A stretch of 63,757 nucleotides of DNA, filler included, from Octopus bimaculoides (lineage: Eukaryota): the NCBI RefSeq assembly GCF_001194135.2. It is 6 parts of 4 records of this genome, joined end to end, with 100 filler letters (N's around TTAATTAATTAA, not from the genome) between each part and the next. Parts side by side here need not be neighbours in the genome. Positions count along the whole stretch, not along the records: positions 44,040 to 63,757 come from NC_068988.1; 5 more parts are not named here. The stretch is one strand, 5' to 3'. The first letter of the stretch is position 1. Each line of letters starts with the position of its first letter. Positions 62,222 through 63,757 of the stretch are shown piece after piece. The position numbers were made by a program, and so were the translations under genes. Under the pieces are notes generated by a model, which saw only the letters and a program-made list of their open reading frames with translations, ran no database searches and was not told where the DNA came from.

Positions 62222-62660
62222 TTAAGGCAGCGAACTGGCAGAAACGTTAGCACGCCGGGCGAAATGCTTAGCGGTATTTCGTCTGCCGCTACGTTCTGAA
62301 TTCAAATTCCGCCGAGGTCCACTTTGCCTTTCATCCTTTCGGGGTCGATTAAATAAGTACCAATTACGCACTGGAGTCGATATAATCGACTTAATCCGTT
62401 TGTCTGTCCTTGTTTGTCCCCTGTGTGTGTAGCACCTTCTGGGTAGTAAAGAAATAAGAAACGTTAGCACGCCGGGCGAAATACTTAGTGGTATTTCGTC
62501 CGTGTTTACGTTCTGAGGTCAAATTCCGCCGAGGTCGACTTTGCCTTTCACCTTTTCGGGGTCGATAAATTAAGTACCAGTAGCGTACTGGGGTCGCTCT
62601 ACTCGACTGGCCTCCTCCCACCAAATGTTGGGCCTTGTGGCTAGAATAGAAAAGAATATA
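62222..62660 (+). mobile_element. Two tandem young Nin/Deu-like SINE copies with different 3' tails
   Basis: Copy 1 62222-62460 ends ttaatccgtttgtctgtccttgtttgtccc...gtaaagaaat; copy 2 62456-62660 ends gggccttgtggctagaatagaaaaga; CpGs intact. Confidence 0.88.
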
Positions 62661-63710
62661 TCTGTAGTTCACAAAACATCAAACCTCTTCCTATTGTTTA
62701 TACAGTTTTAGCTTTTGATTATGCATAGATAGTATCACTGTAATCGATGGTTATGAAACAGTTTTAACAAAATAGTGTTTCCTGTCACATGTCAGAAATA
62801 TGTAAGAAAGTTTAGAAGAGGTTTTCTTTTAGATGGTTAAATAAGAGAGAATTCTCAAAGAAATAAATGCATGTCTCGTAAAATTGAGTACCTTATATAA
62901 TTTTGCAATATTACATAGAGTGTTGATATCTGAAATTTGGCATTCCATATTTTGTACTAATATCAAATTTAACGCATTAATTCAGTATTTCCAAAGTAAA
63001 TCAATCATTAAATGATATTTGTTTTGAGCAGTTGATGCAGTTGGTTTTCAACACGTGCTAATTATCTATGTCAATATATACGTAAAGCATGCTAATACAT
63101 TAATTAAGCAGCCATAATTAAACTAATGAATAATAATGCAAACACAAAAAAACATTTTAGTGATACTAAATTACACTGGCCACAGAAGTACTTGGATTCC
63201 AGAGTAGACATACTTCGGTAATTATCAACATGCACTGCAGTTAGAACTACTTAATGCTTGGATGCAAGTGATTACGAAGCGTGAGAAATTTCAATCATAT
63301 AACATCTGTCAACTTAACCATTCGATAAACATACCAGAATATGTAAAATACCTAATATAAGTTTAAGTTTATATCAAGAACTATTTGGTCTGCTTCATAT
63401 CCTAAAAGAAATTAATGTTGAATGTATTAATTGTTATCGATGCTGTTGTTACTATATCACTAGTAGTTTAACTTAGCTCTGATCGAATAGGCACATGTTT
63501 AAATGCCTTCTCGCCATTAACGGTCATTTATTGTTAAGTATTGTGTACCTACGATTCTACGTGTCCAGGGAGTTTATTGTTGTTTTTCATTTTAAGACAG
63601 CATAATGTATTCAGTGGCTGCTAACACAAACGCATATCTTCTGCATTGCTGGTTATCGTGTACACACACACACACACACACACACACAAATGTGTGTATA
63701 TGTATATGTA

Positions 63711-63757
<47 letters not shown>

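Overview
Eukaryotic, AT-rich, repeat-dominated window with many N gaps. Its repeat complement and microsatellite load point to a coleoid cephalopod, most likely Octopus (inference; not verifiable here). No intact protein-coding gene, rRNA, true tRNA or CRISPR array is supportable. The window holds: dense microsatellites; at least four tRNA-derived SINE families (a CORE-like family and a Nin/Deu-like family, the latter often in head-to-tail arrays); decayed non-LTR retrotransposons (RTE with a PHD-type finger inside the RT region, R4/Dong-type with restriction-like endonuclease, CR1-type, L1/Tx1-type); Penelope-like remnants with hammerhead-ribozyme motifs; a full-length but dead DD37D (maT) transposon; several MITEs and foldback elements; and a decayed Ty3/Gypsy element. 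A few isolated exon candidates suggest the window may be mostly intronic. Best leads: an unexplained highly structured element at 58345-58632, a minimal hammerhead at 28191-28225, the PHD-in-RT RTE family, a ~1.6 kb tail-to-tail RTE inverted repeat, and a CpG-depleted block (~5.6-15.3 kb) lying inside one gap-bounded contig. Family assignments come from motif recognition by eye, not database searches, and most repeat boundaries are approximate.
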